Source: Octopus sinensis | Lineage: Eukaryota | Length of the DNA stretch: 64,000 nucleotides | NCBI RefSeq assembly: GCF_006345805.1 | Contig: NC_043012.1 | Location: 22,754,001-22,818,000, forward strand | Reading direction: 5' to 3' | Part shown: in pieces, positions 51,725 to 63,458 of the stretch | How the letters are laid out: each line of letters begins with the position of its first letter | How positions within the stretch are numbered: the stretch's first letter is position 1 | Program-made: the position numbers and the translations under genes | Notes under the pieces: model-generated | Databases searched by the model: none | What the model saw: only the letters and a program-made list of their open reading frames with translations | What the model was told of the DNA's origin: nothing

Positions 51725-52087
51725 ATGTGGGTATTTATATATACATATGTATACACACACACAGGCATGCATATATATATATAAAAATATATATGTGTGT
51801 GTGTGTGGGTATTTATATATACATATGTATACACACACGGCATGCATATATATATGTATAAAAATATATTATATTGTGAGTGTGTGTGAGTATTTTATAT
51901 ACATATGTATACACACACACAGACATGCATATATTTATTATATATAATATATATATATATATATATGTGTATATATATTAACATATATATATATATATAC
52001 ATATATATATAGTATATATATATATTAATATATATATACATCCATATATATATATGTATATATATATATATACATATATATATAAGT

Positions 52088-52110
<23 letters not shown>

Positions 52111-52118
<8 letters not shown>

Positions 52119-52383
52119 TAAGGGCTCCTAATAAAGATGCCGAGTGCTGGGAACACAAAAAGGGGATGAATTTATCGAGAGTGAAAATCAAAAACCAAAA
52201 TCAAAAATTCACTCTCGATAAATTCATCCCCTTTTTGTGTTCCCAGCACTCGGCATCTTTATTTAGGAGCCCTAATTGTATAACTACATGAATAATATTT
52301 TTCTATATGAATAATTTTTGTCTTATGACTAATTCGTTTTTTGTGCTGGGCACCTGGTAGTAAATAATATTACTACCCTTCTT

Positions 52384-52385
<2 letters not shown>
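52111..52385. mobile_element. Fold-back insertion in (TA)n, ~75-bp near-perfect arms
   Basis: Arms 52111-52185 and 52208-52282; extension to about 52385; (TA)n on both sides. Confidence 0.8.
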
Positions 52386-52414
<29 letters not shown>

Positions 52415-53034
52415 CTGATACAAACACAGGTAACGATGGAGAATAAACACTGCAAATCAAGCAACAATGGCATGTTTGCTGAATCGCCAATGAAACAGAA
52501 CACTTTAAAGCACACACACACACACACACACACACACTGTCTGGACATCTCTACAATGGAAGTTTAAACCATGGACTCTAAAATAAATAAATGAAAAATA
52601 GATATGGAAAAAAAAAAACCCCAAACAAAATAAATAAATAAATAAATCCATTTCTAACAAACGAGGGAAAACGATATTAGCAGAAGACTGCAACTGAAGA
52701 TGATATATTTAGAATTAAGAGAGAGAGAGAGAGTGTGTGTGTGTGTGTGTGTGTGTTGTTTGATGGTGTTGCTGTTGATTAGCCACAAGTCAAACCTAAT
52801 CGAGTAGACTTACAATCAAAGATGTTCCAGATGTGACAGCCCAGTATTTTTGCATATTTAAGACTACATTGTCAAACAGATCCATGCCTGCAGGCAAAGG
52901 CATGGCTGTGCGGTAAGACGATTGCTGCCCAACTAGGTGGTTCCAGGTTCAGATGTATTGCATGGCAGCTTAGGCAATTGTCTTCTATTTTAGTCCTGAG
53001 CTGACCATAGTTTGTGAATAGATTTATTAGACAG

Positions 53035-54058
53035 AAACTGAAAGAAGCCTGTTATATATATATACCTGGGTAAGCACTTAAATGTGAAACAAGGTGAGAA
53101 AAAACTGAAAGAAGCCTGCTATATATATATATATACCTGCGTAAGTACATAAATGTGAAACAAGGTGAGAAAAAACTGAAAGAAGCCTGTGATATATATA
53201 TACCTGCGTAAGCACTTAAATGTGAAACAAGGTGAGAAAAAACTGAAAGAAGCCTGTTATATATATATATAACCGCGGTAAGTACATAAATGTGAAACAA
53301 GGTGAGAAAATCGAAAGAAGCCTGTTATATATATATATACCTGTGTAAGCACTAAATGAAACAAGTGTGAGAAAAAACTGAAAGAAGCCTGCCTATATTA
53401 TATAACCTGCGTAGTAATCATAATGTGAAACAAGGTAGAAAAAATCGAAAGAAGCCTGTTCTATATACGATATCCCTGGGTAAGCACATAAATGTGAAAC
53501 AAGGTGAGAAAAAATCGAAAGAAGCCTGCTATATATATATATACCTGCGTAAGTACATAAATGTGAAACAAGGTGAGAAAAAATCGAAAGAAGCCTGTTA
53601 TATATATATATACCTGGGTAAGCACATAAATGTGAAACAAGGTGAGAAAAAATCGAAAGAAGCCTGCTATATATATATATATACCTGCGTAAGTACATAA
53701 ATGTGAAACAAGGTGAGAAAAAACTGAAAGAAGCCTGTTATATATATATATACCTGCGTAAGCACATAAATGTAAAACAAGGTGAGAAAAAATCGAAAGA
53801 AGCCTGCTATATATATATATATACCTGCGTAAGTACATAAATGTGAAACAAGGTGAGAAAAAACTGAAAGAAGCCTGTTATATATATATATACCTGCGTA
53901 AGCACATATGTAAAAAACATGTGAGAAAAAATCGAAAGAAGCCTGTATATATATATATATACCTGCGTAAGCCTTAAATGTGAAACAAGTGAAATCGAAG
54001 AAGCTGCTATATATATATACCTGGGTAAGCACATAAATGTGAAACAAGGTGAGAAAAA
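53035..54058. repeat. Chimeric ~70-bp tandem array (15 units) with 2-unit higher-order alternation
   Basis: Unit = aa(ct/tc)gaaagaagcctg (SINE) + (TA)n + cctg.gtaag(c/t)acataaatgtgaaacaaggtgagaaaa (end of the hammerhead element). Confidence 0.92.
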
Positions 54059-54283
54059 TAGTTCTCGAATACCAGAGGTAGATTATTATGCTTTCTTATT
54101 AAAGCTGCAAAAACAATCACAAAAACATCACAGAAAACTGCTACTCAGAGTTTCATGTTCCCATTCATCAGGCAGTTGTGATCAAGATTCCTGACCACAA
54201 CTGCCTGATGAATGGGGACATGAACTCTGAGTAGTAGTTTTCTGTGATGTTTTTGTGATTGTTTTTGCAGCTTTAATAAGAAA
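54030..54283. mobile_element. Fold-back hammerhead element (~93-bp arms 54092-54184 / 54192-54283)
   Basis: Near-perfect palindrome with a 7-nt loop, followed by (TA)n. Confidence 0.85.
54136..54177 (-). ncRNA. Intact canonical type I hammerhead ribozyme
   Basis: AACTGC CTGATGA ATG-GGAA-CAT GAA ACTC-T-GAGT A GCAGTT: 6-bp stem I, GNRA-capped stem II, near-palindromic stem III, GUA site. Confidence 0.85.
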
Positions 54284-54292
54284 TATATATAT

Positions 54293-54458
54293 AGGCACAG
54301 GAGTGGCTGTGTGGTAAGTAGCATGCTAACCAACCACATGGTTCCGGGTTCAGTCCCACTGCGTGGCATCTTGGGCAAGTGTCTTCTGCTATAGCCCCGC
54401 ACCGACCAATGCCTTGTGAGTGGATTTGGTAGACGGAAACTGAAAGAAGCCTGTCGTA

Positions 54459-54508
<50 letters not shown>

Positions 54509-54750
54509 GTGGGTATATATGTTTTGTGTGTATATGTTTCTGTGTCTGTGTTTGTCCCCCTAGCATTGCTTGACAACTGATGCTGGTGTATTTACGTCCC
54601 CCGTCACTTAGCAGTTCGACAAAAGAGACCGATAGAATAAGTACTGGGCTTACAAAGAATAAGTCCCGCGGTCGATTTGCTCGACTAAAAGGCGGTGCTC
54701 CAGCATGGCCGCAGTCAAATGACTGAAACAAGTAAAAGAGTAAAGAGAGA
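54293..54750 (+). mobile_element. Young tRNA-derived SINE
   Basis: Full-length family member. Confidence 0.92.
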
Positions 54751-54759
54751 GAGTATATG

Positions 54760-54960
54760 TAGGGAGAATTCACAAAAAACCAAAAGATGAAGATAGGTGG
54801 TGTAGACAACAAACAGATGTATTAGTTTAACACTTGGGAAGTTGAAAAGTCTTTAACGTTTTGAGCCTACGCTCTTCCACAGAAAGGAACACAGAAAGAA
54901 ACAAGGAAAGAAAATAGAGAGGGAAAATAAAGAGAGAAAATAAAGAATGTGTAGTGGCCA
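54760..54960 (-). mobile_element. Second copy of the variant-hammerhead element (motif 54851-54886)
   Basis: Minus strand: CTTT CTGTGGA A GAGC-GTAG-GCTC AAAA CGT T AAAG. Confidence 0.65.
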
Positions 54961-56074
54961 GTGATCTATCATGGCATAGGTATGTATATTAAATTTTGAA
55001 TTAAAAGCAGCTTTAATAATGTCAATGTTTTCAATATCACATACATGGTGTAGGTGTTTTGTTTATATGTCCATTAACTGTAGGATATCAGCCTGGGAAA
55101 CGTCCTTTCTTGATGCTGAGTGATACAACGCACATGCACACACACACGTGTGTATCACATATAGATATGTGTGTGCCTCTATCAGACATGTATATGCATA
55201 TGTATGTGTGTGCATCTATCTATATATATATGTGTGTATATCTCCTTGTCATGACATTGCATGATAATTGTAAAATGATTGACACTGTTGTATAAGCCAG
55301 GTCACTGCTTTCCAATATTCTGCAAGAAGAACCTCCATGTCTGGCCTTGGAGAAATATTATGCTCTCTTGGAAATAGGTGATGGTTGGCAACAGGAAGAG
55401 CATCCAGCCATAGAAAACCTATCAGAATAAGCTCTGTCTGAATCATGCAAACATGGAAAAGTAGATGTTAAAGTGATGGTGAATAATGACGTTTCAATGC
55501 TTGTAAGCAGAGTGCAATAAGAGAGAAATCTAACTGTTATTTTTAGCAGGATAACCAAAGACTATCAGCAGAATTAGTGTGAATAGAGAAAGATCAGACT
55601 GTTGTTTATGGCAGGTCAGCCAAAGCCTATTAGTAAAGACAGCATGATTAGAGAGAAATATAACTACTATTTTCAGCAGGTCAATCAACAATGCACAAAC
55701 CCCTTCATTGGCTCACATAGTGTGAGCATATGTGCAAGAGATATGCATATGTGCAAGAGATGTGCATATGTGCAAGAGATGTGCTTATGTGCAAGAGATG
55801 TGTACAGTGTCATTGTAGCTGCAACAAGAGACAGAAAAATGATAAATTTCCTACATCAATTATATTTTAGTGGCAAGTTTATTATGTGCTGTAGTTGTAT
55901 TGAACAATATTTTCCACAGTTTAGTCATTAAGTTCAATAAAAATTTATGATGTTTGTAAGAATGTGATTTACTTAAAGTATCTAAACTGTAAAAAATGTT
56001 TGCCTTTATTTTAGTTTTATGCAGCTTGTAAATACATCACACCTAAACATTAATAATGTTTTGTGTGTTTAAAA

Positions 56075-56315
56075 CAGTGATTCTCGACAATTTTTTTTGC
56101 TCATGGAATCTGTGTTGAGTCCAATTTTAGTTGGGTGGATTCTCATAGCCATTCAATGTTTAAAAAAAAATCCTTTTATATTTTTATAATATTATCAGAA
56201 ATTGTATAAAAAATCTGTTAAAATACTTTGTATTGTAGAAGCAAAAGAAATTTATTGCACAAATTTTAATAACAAAATCTTACATTGACACCCTGCCCCC
56301 TGTTGAGAGCCACTG
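56075..56315. mobile_element. hAT-type MITE (241 bp)
   Basis: TIR CAGTGATTCTCGACA / TGTTGAGAGCCACTG; 8-bp TSD GTTTAAAA / GCTTAAAA. Confidence 0.8.
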
Positions 56316-56976
56316 GCTTAAAACATGAGCTTATTTAAGTTTGGTATTATCCTTTGGGTCTCTTTTACTGAATCACTAAATTACAAGGACATAAACAAAC
56401 CAACACTGGTTGTCAGGCAGTAGAGGGAGATAAACAGAAACACAAATACACACACACACACACATACGTGTGTGTGTCTTGGTGTATGTATGGATGGATG
56501 GATATACCAGCATGCTTCACTGTAAATGACAAGAACAGGCTTTTGGATCATGATTACAGAGCATCCAACCATGCTGCCAATCGCAAGTCTTTGCTCAACT
56601 GCAGCCATGACCAAAGACTTCAGATTGGCAGCCTGTTAAACTGTCCTACACGTGCCAGCATGGAAAGCAAACATAAAATGGATGATGATGATGATCATCA
56701 TCATATATATTTATGTATATACATGTGTGTGTGTGTGTGTGTGTGTGCATGTATACTCTTTTACTTCTTTCAGTCATTTGACAGTGGCCATGCTGGAGCA
56801 CCGCCTTTAGTCAAGCAAATCAAACCCAGGACTTATTCTTTGTAAGCCTAGTATTTATTCTATCGGTCTCTTTTGCCGAACCACTAAGTTACAGGACATA
56901 AATACACCAGCATCAGTTGTCAAGCGACACACAAACATATACACACACATACATACATACAAACATACATACATAC

Positions 56977-57036
<60 letters not shown>

Positions 57037-57198
57037 TATATACGACAGGCTTCTTGAACTAAAAGTTGGAGAGGGATGGGATAAACTACCTGCATTAACT
57101 TGCTATAAAAGCAGGTAATAATTTTACCTTGTCCTTATTCTTAGTGTAAGTTTTGAAGAGTGCAGTTTGATTTTATCAATCATTTTTTCAAAGCTAAA

Positions 57199-57882
57199 AT
57201 GGAAATGACAAAGGAGCGTATTCATCATATTTTGCTTTATGAGTTCAATAAAGGCAACAACGCAAGAGAAAATGCAAGGAATATTAATGCATTATATGGG
57301 GATTGGACAATAAGTTTAAGCTAGTGTCAACAGTGGTTCTAGAAGTTCCGAGCCAGAAACTACAGTCTAGAAGACAAGCCTCATCCTGGAAGATTGGTAG
57401 AGCTCGATGAGGACGTCCTGCAAACCCTGGTGGAACAAAATCCCATAACTGTTGAGGAACTAACAAAGAAGCTTGGATTTGGTCATTCAAGTCAGTGCTA
57501 CAAGAAAAACGTCCATCTTTGGTTTCAAGACGAAAAGTGTTCTTCCATCAAGATAATGCTTGGCCACATACAAATGCCCCACCCACCATATTTGCCGGAC
57601 ATTCTCCCATCTGATTATCATTAATTTCGCAGTCTTCAAAATCATTTGGATGGAAAAAATATGAATTCTGTAGATGAGGTCAGAACAATACTGGTGGAGT
57701 ATTTTTCATCAAGGACAAATGAAATTTAGTAGAGGGGCTTCGCAAGTCTACCAGATAGTTGAAAGAGCATTGTAGAAAATGAAGGAGAATATATTTTAGA
57801 TTAAAGAAGAAATTGGTTTATCTTAATTTTGAAAAATAAAAGAAGTATAAAAGAAACGCATTGTTTATGGGATGACCCAATA
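57199..57882 (+). mobile_element. Internally deleted mariner transposase pseudogene with 3' TIR
   Basis: MEMTKERIHHILLYEF.KGNNA..ARNI..YG...QWF.KFR..NYSLEDKPHPGR...; FHQDNAWPH; PHPPYLPDILPSDYH.FRSLQNHLDGK; ...VENEGEY (stop 57802-04). It ends ATGGGATGACCCAATA-TA. Confidence 0.9.
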
Positions 57883-58401
57883 TAAACATATATATGAAAT
57901 GGGCTTCCACACAGTTATCCTCTACTAAATTCCCTCAGAAAGTATTGGTCAACCTGAGGTTATGGTAGAAGACACATCTAGAAGGTGCTGTGCTGTGGGA
58001 CTGAACCTGAAGCTACGTGGCTGTTTAACTACACAGTCACATCTGCACCTATTTAATATCTTCCTTTACATGATGCCAAACCCTTAATGAAGGAAATGGA
58101 CATTCATTTGTTATTTGATCCACAACTGAAATAGTATTTATTTCAATTGGAATGGAATAAGCATCTCCTTTATGTTTGTTTTTAAATATTTCCATGTTAA
58201 TAAGGGTTGGTGGGGACTTATTGAAATTGCTCTGCAATGGCTGGATGCTCTTGCTGTTGCCAACCTTTACTTGTGTTCGTCAGTGTTGTTTAAACAGTGC
58301 CAATATGGAAATATATGGAAAACAACACTTGCACACACACACATATACGATGCATGCACACATATATGTATGACAAGCTTCTGTACAGTTTCCATATTCC
58401 A

Positions 58402-58638
58402 GATCACCAAGGTAACAGTAGTTATCCACAACCTCTAGTTTACCTCCATGGCAGTTGATGAAGTTTATTTTCTGTACATCTTTGGTGTTTATTGCACCTG
58501 TGCATCTACCACACACAAAAGCTATTTTCCCTGTTAACCTTCCTCTGATATTGCTGCACCTTTTATGTGTCTAAAGCTTACAGCGGGTGCACCTTACGGA
58601 ATTACTACTTGCACCTTTTCTACAAATCGAGCAGGGTC
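58402..58638 (-). mobile_element. RTE RT fragment covering the PHD-like insert
   Basis: PCSICRKGASSNSVRCTRCKL*THKRCSNIRGRLTGKIAFVCGRC...KLEVVDNYCYLGD. Confidence 0.8.
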
Positions 58639-58729
58639 ATACACACACACACACACACACACAAAGCATTTCTATTGCAGAATATAACTTGTACCTGTAT
58701 GCATACTTTTATATCCTGTCACAGGCTGG

Positions 58730-59030
58730 TCATCATCATCATCATCATCATCGTTGTTTAACGTCCGTTTTCCATGCTGGCATGGGTTGGACGGTGTGAC
58801 TGAGGGCTGGCAAGCCAGAAGGCTGCACCAGGCTCCAATCTGATCTGGCAAAGTTTCTACAGTTGGATGGCCTTCCTAACACCAACCACTCTGAGAGTTA
58901 GTGGGTGCTTTTTACATGCTACTAACAGAGGAGCCAGTCAGGCGGGCCTGGCAACGACCACACTTGAATGTTGCTTTTTACATGCCACCGACATGGAAGC
59001 CAGTCAGGCGGCACTGGCAACGACAGGCAG
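58730..59030 (-). mobile_element. RTE 3' terminal fragment
   Basis: (cat)n followed by the family terminus. Confidence 0.8.
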
Positions 59031-59453
59031 CAGAGGTTTAATCAAAGTATTCACACAACGTACTTCATGAGACTACCAAAATGCTCTCTCCACCTACTAC
59101 CGACAACTATTCTTTATAAGAGTTTGGCTAGTCCATTCTTGCAATCCCCCAGGCTTGTCAATAACTCTCGCCACAACACATACATGCACAGATGATGGTT
59201 TGGAGCAGTTGTTGTCTATTGAACTGAAAATAATAAATATTTCCTGCAGACTAACGGTGGAATAAAATGCAATGCTGAAGCTGACTGGTATGATTTGAGC
59301 TTGGTTGTTAATCAATGAAATCAAGTACAGGTGTAATAACAGATTGTTTGAAGATGATATTAATTAGAATGGCTTTGAAAGTTTGGCACAAGGCGTGTAA
59401 TTGTAGGGAGTTGGAGATCTTAGGGGTTGTTTACATAATTATATATTTTAGGG

Positions 59454-59830
59454 CAGCCAGGTGGCAGAATCATTAGCACGCTGGGGAAAAGGCTTAGCGG
59501 TATTTCATCTGCCATTACGTTCTGAGTTCAAATTCCGCCGAGGTCGATTTTGCCTTTCATCCTTTCGGGGTCGATAAATTAAGTACCAGTTACACACTGA
59601 GGTTGATATAATCGACTTAACCCATTTGTCTGTCCTTGTTTGTCCTCTCTGTGTTTAGCCCTTTGTGGGTAGTAAAGAAATAGGTATTTCGTCTGCCATT
59701 ACGTTCTGAGTTCAAATTCCGACAAGGTCAACTTTGCCTTTCATCCTTTTGAGGTCAATTAAATAAGTACCAGTTATGCACTGGGGTCGATGTAATTGAC
59801 ATAATCCCTTTTTTGTCCCCTCTTTGCCTC
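59454..59830 (+). mobile_element. Tandem SINE pair (GCCTTTCATCCTTT family)
   Basis: Two consecutive copies of gtctgccattacgttctgagttcaaattcc...aagtaccagtta. Confidence 0.85.
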
Positions 59831-60159
59831 CTGTGGGCAATAAAGAAATATATATATTTTATGATTTAAGTTTTTAATGTTTTTGAAATAAACTAAAGAT
59901 TCTTGAAATACCTAAGAAGTCAAATTTCATATTATATATTTTAAGGGATTAATAATCTTTACCGATTCTTATTATTAGTCTTGTTTATCCAAAAATTTTA
60001 CAAGAAGCAAATCAATTCAGCAAAAGTTTCTCCAGTGCTGCATAATTCCTGGGAGTTTGCAATTCAGAAGAACTAAACCAAATATCCTTTTCACAACAAG
60101 ACATCTTTGAGTATTTCACTAAATTTTTCAAATCAATTCACAACGACAACAATGTTCGT

Positions 60160-60440
60160 GTCCGTTGCCAGCATTGCCTGGCCCTGTGCCGGTGACACAT
60201 AAAAACACCATCCGTTCGTGGCCGTTCGCCAGCTCCATCTGGCACCTGTGCAGGTGGCACGTAAAAAACACTCACTACACTCGCGGAGTGGTTGGCGTTA
60301 GGAAGGGCATCCAGCCGTAGAAACACTGCCAGACCAGACTGGAGCCTGGGGCAGCCCCTGGCTCCCCAGACCCCGGTCAAACCATCCAACCCGTGCTAGC
60401 GCAGAAAACGGACGTTAAACGATGATGATGATGATGATGA
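60160..60440 (+). mobile_element. RTE 3' terminal fragment, young
   Basis: CpG-rich copy ending ggacgttaaac(gat)n. Confidence 0.85.
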
Positions 60441-61465
60441 AATAAACATGCAAATCACTAAAGGTATCCTTATTTGGTGCCTGACAGAATTTCAGTATTT
60501 TTTGGTTAAGTCCATATGATGAAATAATAGTTATTGCTAGTAATGTCACTTTTTTCTCTCTTTTTGTTTTTAATCTCTACTAGCCATATAACATTTTCAT
60601 CAGTTACTAATTGAACTGCGACCAGGAAATAACTGTCATTTAACTAACCAAAGTGAGTTAACTGGTAGAAGAAATACAAGTTTTACATCAGCACTAAGTC
60701 TGTCTGTATATGTGTATAAAACAGAAGGGTAGTCAGGTTGCCGAGACAATGGATGTCTATTGTCAGGCTTAAGTACAGTGCTGTTATGGCCAGCATAAGT
60801 GCCAGCATTCTATATAAGTCTTTGGTAAATACCTTGCAGACAACTGCTGCTTTCTCACGCCTCTATTTACAACACTTTGGCACAAAATGAAGAGTGCACC
60901 TCTACAAGGCAGATATCTGTTACATGTCGATAAATATGTGTGTCCCTTGGAGCACAAAGTGTGTTGTTTATTGATTCCTGAAAAGAAGAAAAATATACTT
61001 CTACACATGGAATAACGAAGCTTGCTTTTAATACATTGACACCCCCCACACACACACACACACTATGTAACAAATAAGGAAATATACCAGTTTACATGCA
61101 CATGAGTAGACTCTCTCTCTCTATATATATATACACATACAAATATTCTCTCTCTATATATATACACATATAGAACAGTCATAGAAGTACAGTGGTATTT
61201 GGGATAGATGAATCCGCAAAAATATATATACTCGCAGATGGATGTAAATGAGATGCTACAAATACAATTATTCCAATTCTATATTTCTGATGACAAATTC
61301 AAATAAGCATAAATTAAATTTGGATAAAAAGAGAAAAAAAATGAGACACGTGTGTGCTATGTATACATCTAAACACAGTTTATACAAATATTATTATTAT
61401 TACAAATATGATATAGTTAAAACCAATAAGAGGAAAATACAAAAACTATACACACACATATATAA

Positions 61466-61504
<39 letters not shown>

Positions 61505-61553
61505 ATATATACATATGTTTATGTATACATATATACATAAATATAATATATAT

Positions 61554-61584
<31 letters not shown>

Positions 61585-62163
61585 CACTCTGCTGAGTGGT
61601 TGGTGTTAGGAAGGGCATCCAACTGTGAAAATCCTGCCAAAATAGTCACAGAAGTCTAGTGCAGTGTTCTGCTTAACTGGCTCTTGTGAAACTGTCCCAT
61701 GCAAGCATGGAAAGCGGATGTTAAACAATAATGAAGATGATGATATATATGCTTATGTATATACATATTCATAAATATATACACATGCTTATTTGTATAT
61801 ATATGCATAGTGTCTTTGTATCTGCCCTTTGTCCTCCACCATCACTACTTGACAACCGGTGTTAATGTATTTACATTTCCCATGACATAGCGGTTCAGCA
61901 AGAAGAGACCAATAGAATAAGTAGCAGGCTTTAAAGATATATAAGTACAGGGGTGAATTCATTTGATTGAAATCTTTGAATGTGGTGCTCCAGCATGGCC
62001 ACAGTCTAATGGCTGAAACATGTAAAAGTAAAGACAAAAGTTATATTGTGTATATAATATATATATATATACATACATACATACATACATATATATACAT
62101 ACATACATACATATATATATATATAGTATATATATATATATATATTATATATATATATATATA

Positions 62164-62400
62164 TTATATATAGAGGGCATAATTATACATACATGCCAGG
62201 AGGCATTATATATACCTGCCAAACGCAGGTATATATAATGCCTCCTGGCATGTATGTATAATTATGCCCTCTATATATAAATAATATGTTCAATAAGAAA
62301 TAATTATTTCGAAATTTTTTCTCTTATGAGGTTTTTACGCTATCTACCTGACAATTTCTTGTTAAGTTTTCCTTATTAGTAGTTGTCCTTAATTGCAAAA
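62164..62400. mobile_element. Fold-back insertion in (TA)n, 56-bp perfect arms with a 5-nt loop
   Basis: Arms 62164-62219 and 62225-62280, loop CAAAC; extension to about 62400, then (TA)n. Confidence 0.8.
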
Positions 62401-62457
62401 TATATATATATATATACACACATACATATATATACATATATGTACATACATATATAC

Positions 62458-62496
<39 letters not shown>

Positions 62497-62538
62497 CACA
62501 CATACATACATATATATACATATATGTACATACATATG

Positions 62539-62571
<33 letters not shown>

Positions 62572-62899
62572 ATATATACATACATACATACATACATACA
62601 TACATACATACAAACACACACATATATATATATCATCATCGTCACTTCGTCACTAGGTTGGATGGTTTGACTGAGAACTGACAAGCCAACTCTTGAAAGG
62701 AACTGAGCCACTTTGCCTCAGCGAGGTCCAACACTTGAAAGGAACTCAACTAGTTTGCCTCCATGAGGCCCAATGCTTGAAAGATGTTCTTTACATACCA
62801 CCAGCATGGATGCACTTGGTTTGATGGGTCCTCTCAAGCACACCACATCGCCAAAGGTCTCAGTCACTAACCTCTGCGAGGCTACATATGTATATATAT

Positions 62900-63098
62900 A
62901 TATATTTAGAGAAATTCAGGGTGAGTACTTGATAATAGTAAGCACCTGTATATAACGTTTGGTGGTGTAGGTGGTGGAGTAAATTAATCAAAATAAAAAC
63001 ATGATGCCAATGATTCAGCGGTACATTGTTATAAATCCGTCTAATAAAGGCCCGAAACATATGTACCGCTGAATCATTGGCATCATGTTTTTATTTTG

Positions 63099-63106
<8 letters not shown>
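62900..63106. mobile_element. Fold-back insertion in (TA)n with hammerhead remnant (63041-63066)
   Basis: Arms 62981-63030 and 63056-63106. The loop plus arm contains CTAATAA AGGCCC GAA ACATATGT A. Confidence 0.7.
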
Positions 63107-63151
<45 letters not shown>

Positions 63152-63284
63152 TATATATATTATATATGTGTGTGTGTAGCACTACACCAACCAGACTATT
63201 GAATTTTGTTATACACCACTGGTCACAATGCACTTCCTTGCATTGTTTTAGCTTTCAAATGATTGTTGGGGAGGTGGACAAACT

Positions 63285-63458
63285 GACGTTCTCCACAGAA
63301 TGCAACACCAATCCATTGCAGGGTGACCCTCTTACAGCTGAGTGGACTGGGGCAATGTAAAATGAAGTGTTTCACTCAAGTGCACGTCACTGGCCTGGGA
63401 ATCAAAACCAACATCTTGTGATCATGAGTGTGATGCTCTAACCATTTGTCCATGCACC
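63285..63458 (-). mobile_element. tRNA-headed V-domain-like SINE, old
   Basis: Reverse complement: tggacaaatggttagagc...gattcccagg...gcacttgagtgaaacacttcatttt. Confidence 0.55.

Noticed and set aside
55729-55802. 18-bp tandem (ATGTGCAAGAGATGTGCAT) x4; also a 15-bp array at 5085-5205 and a 17-bp duplication at 35106-35141
   Set aside because: Ordinary slippage repeats with no further structure.
60833-60977. 145-nt minus-strand open exon candidate ending LSAR in phase 2, which would splice in frame to the WDR4 exon
   Set aside because: The peptide (GINKQHTLCSKGHTYLSTCNRYLPC...) lacks the FSxSGxYFAxxDDxK pattern expected for the preceding WDR4 exon; unsupported without RNA data.
61285-61315. 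CTGATGA followed by CAAATTCAAA
   Set aside because: No GAAA and no paired stems I or III; not a credible hammerhead.
3307-62711. Dozens of ORF-track entries rich in YI/IY, CV, HT, poly-L, poly-H or poly-T
   Set aside because: They are translations of (TA)n, (CA)n and trinucleotide microsatellites, or of SINE/RTE sequence.
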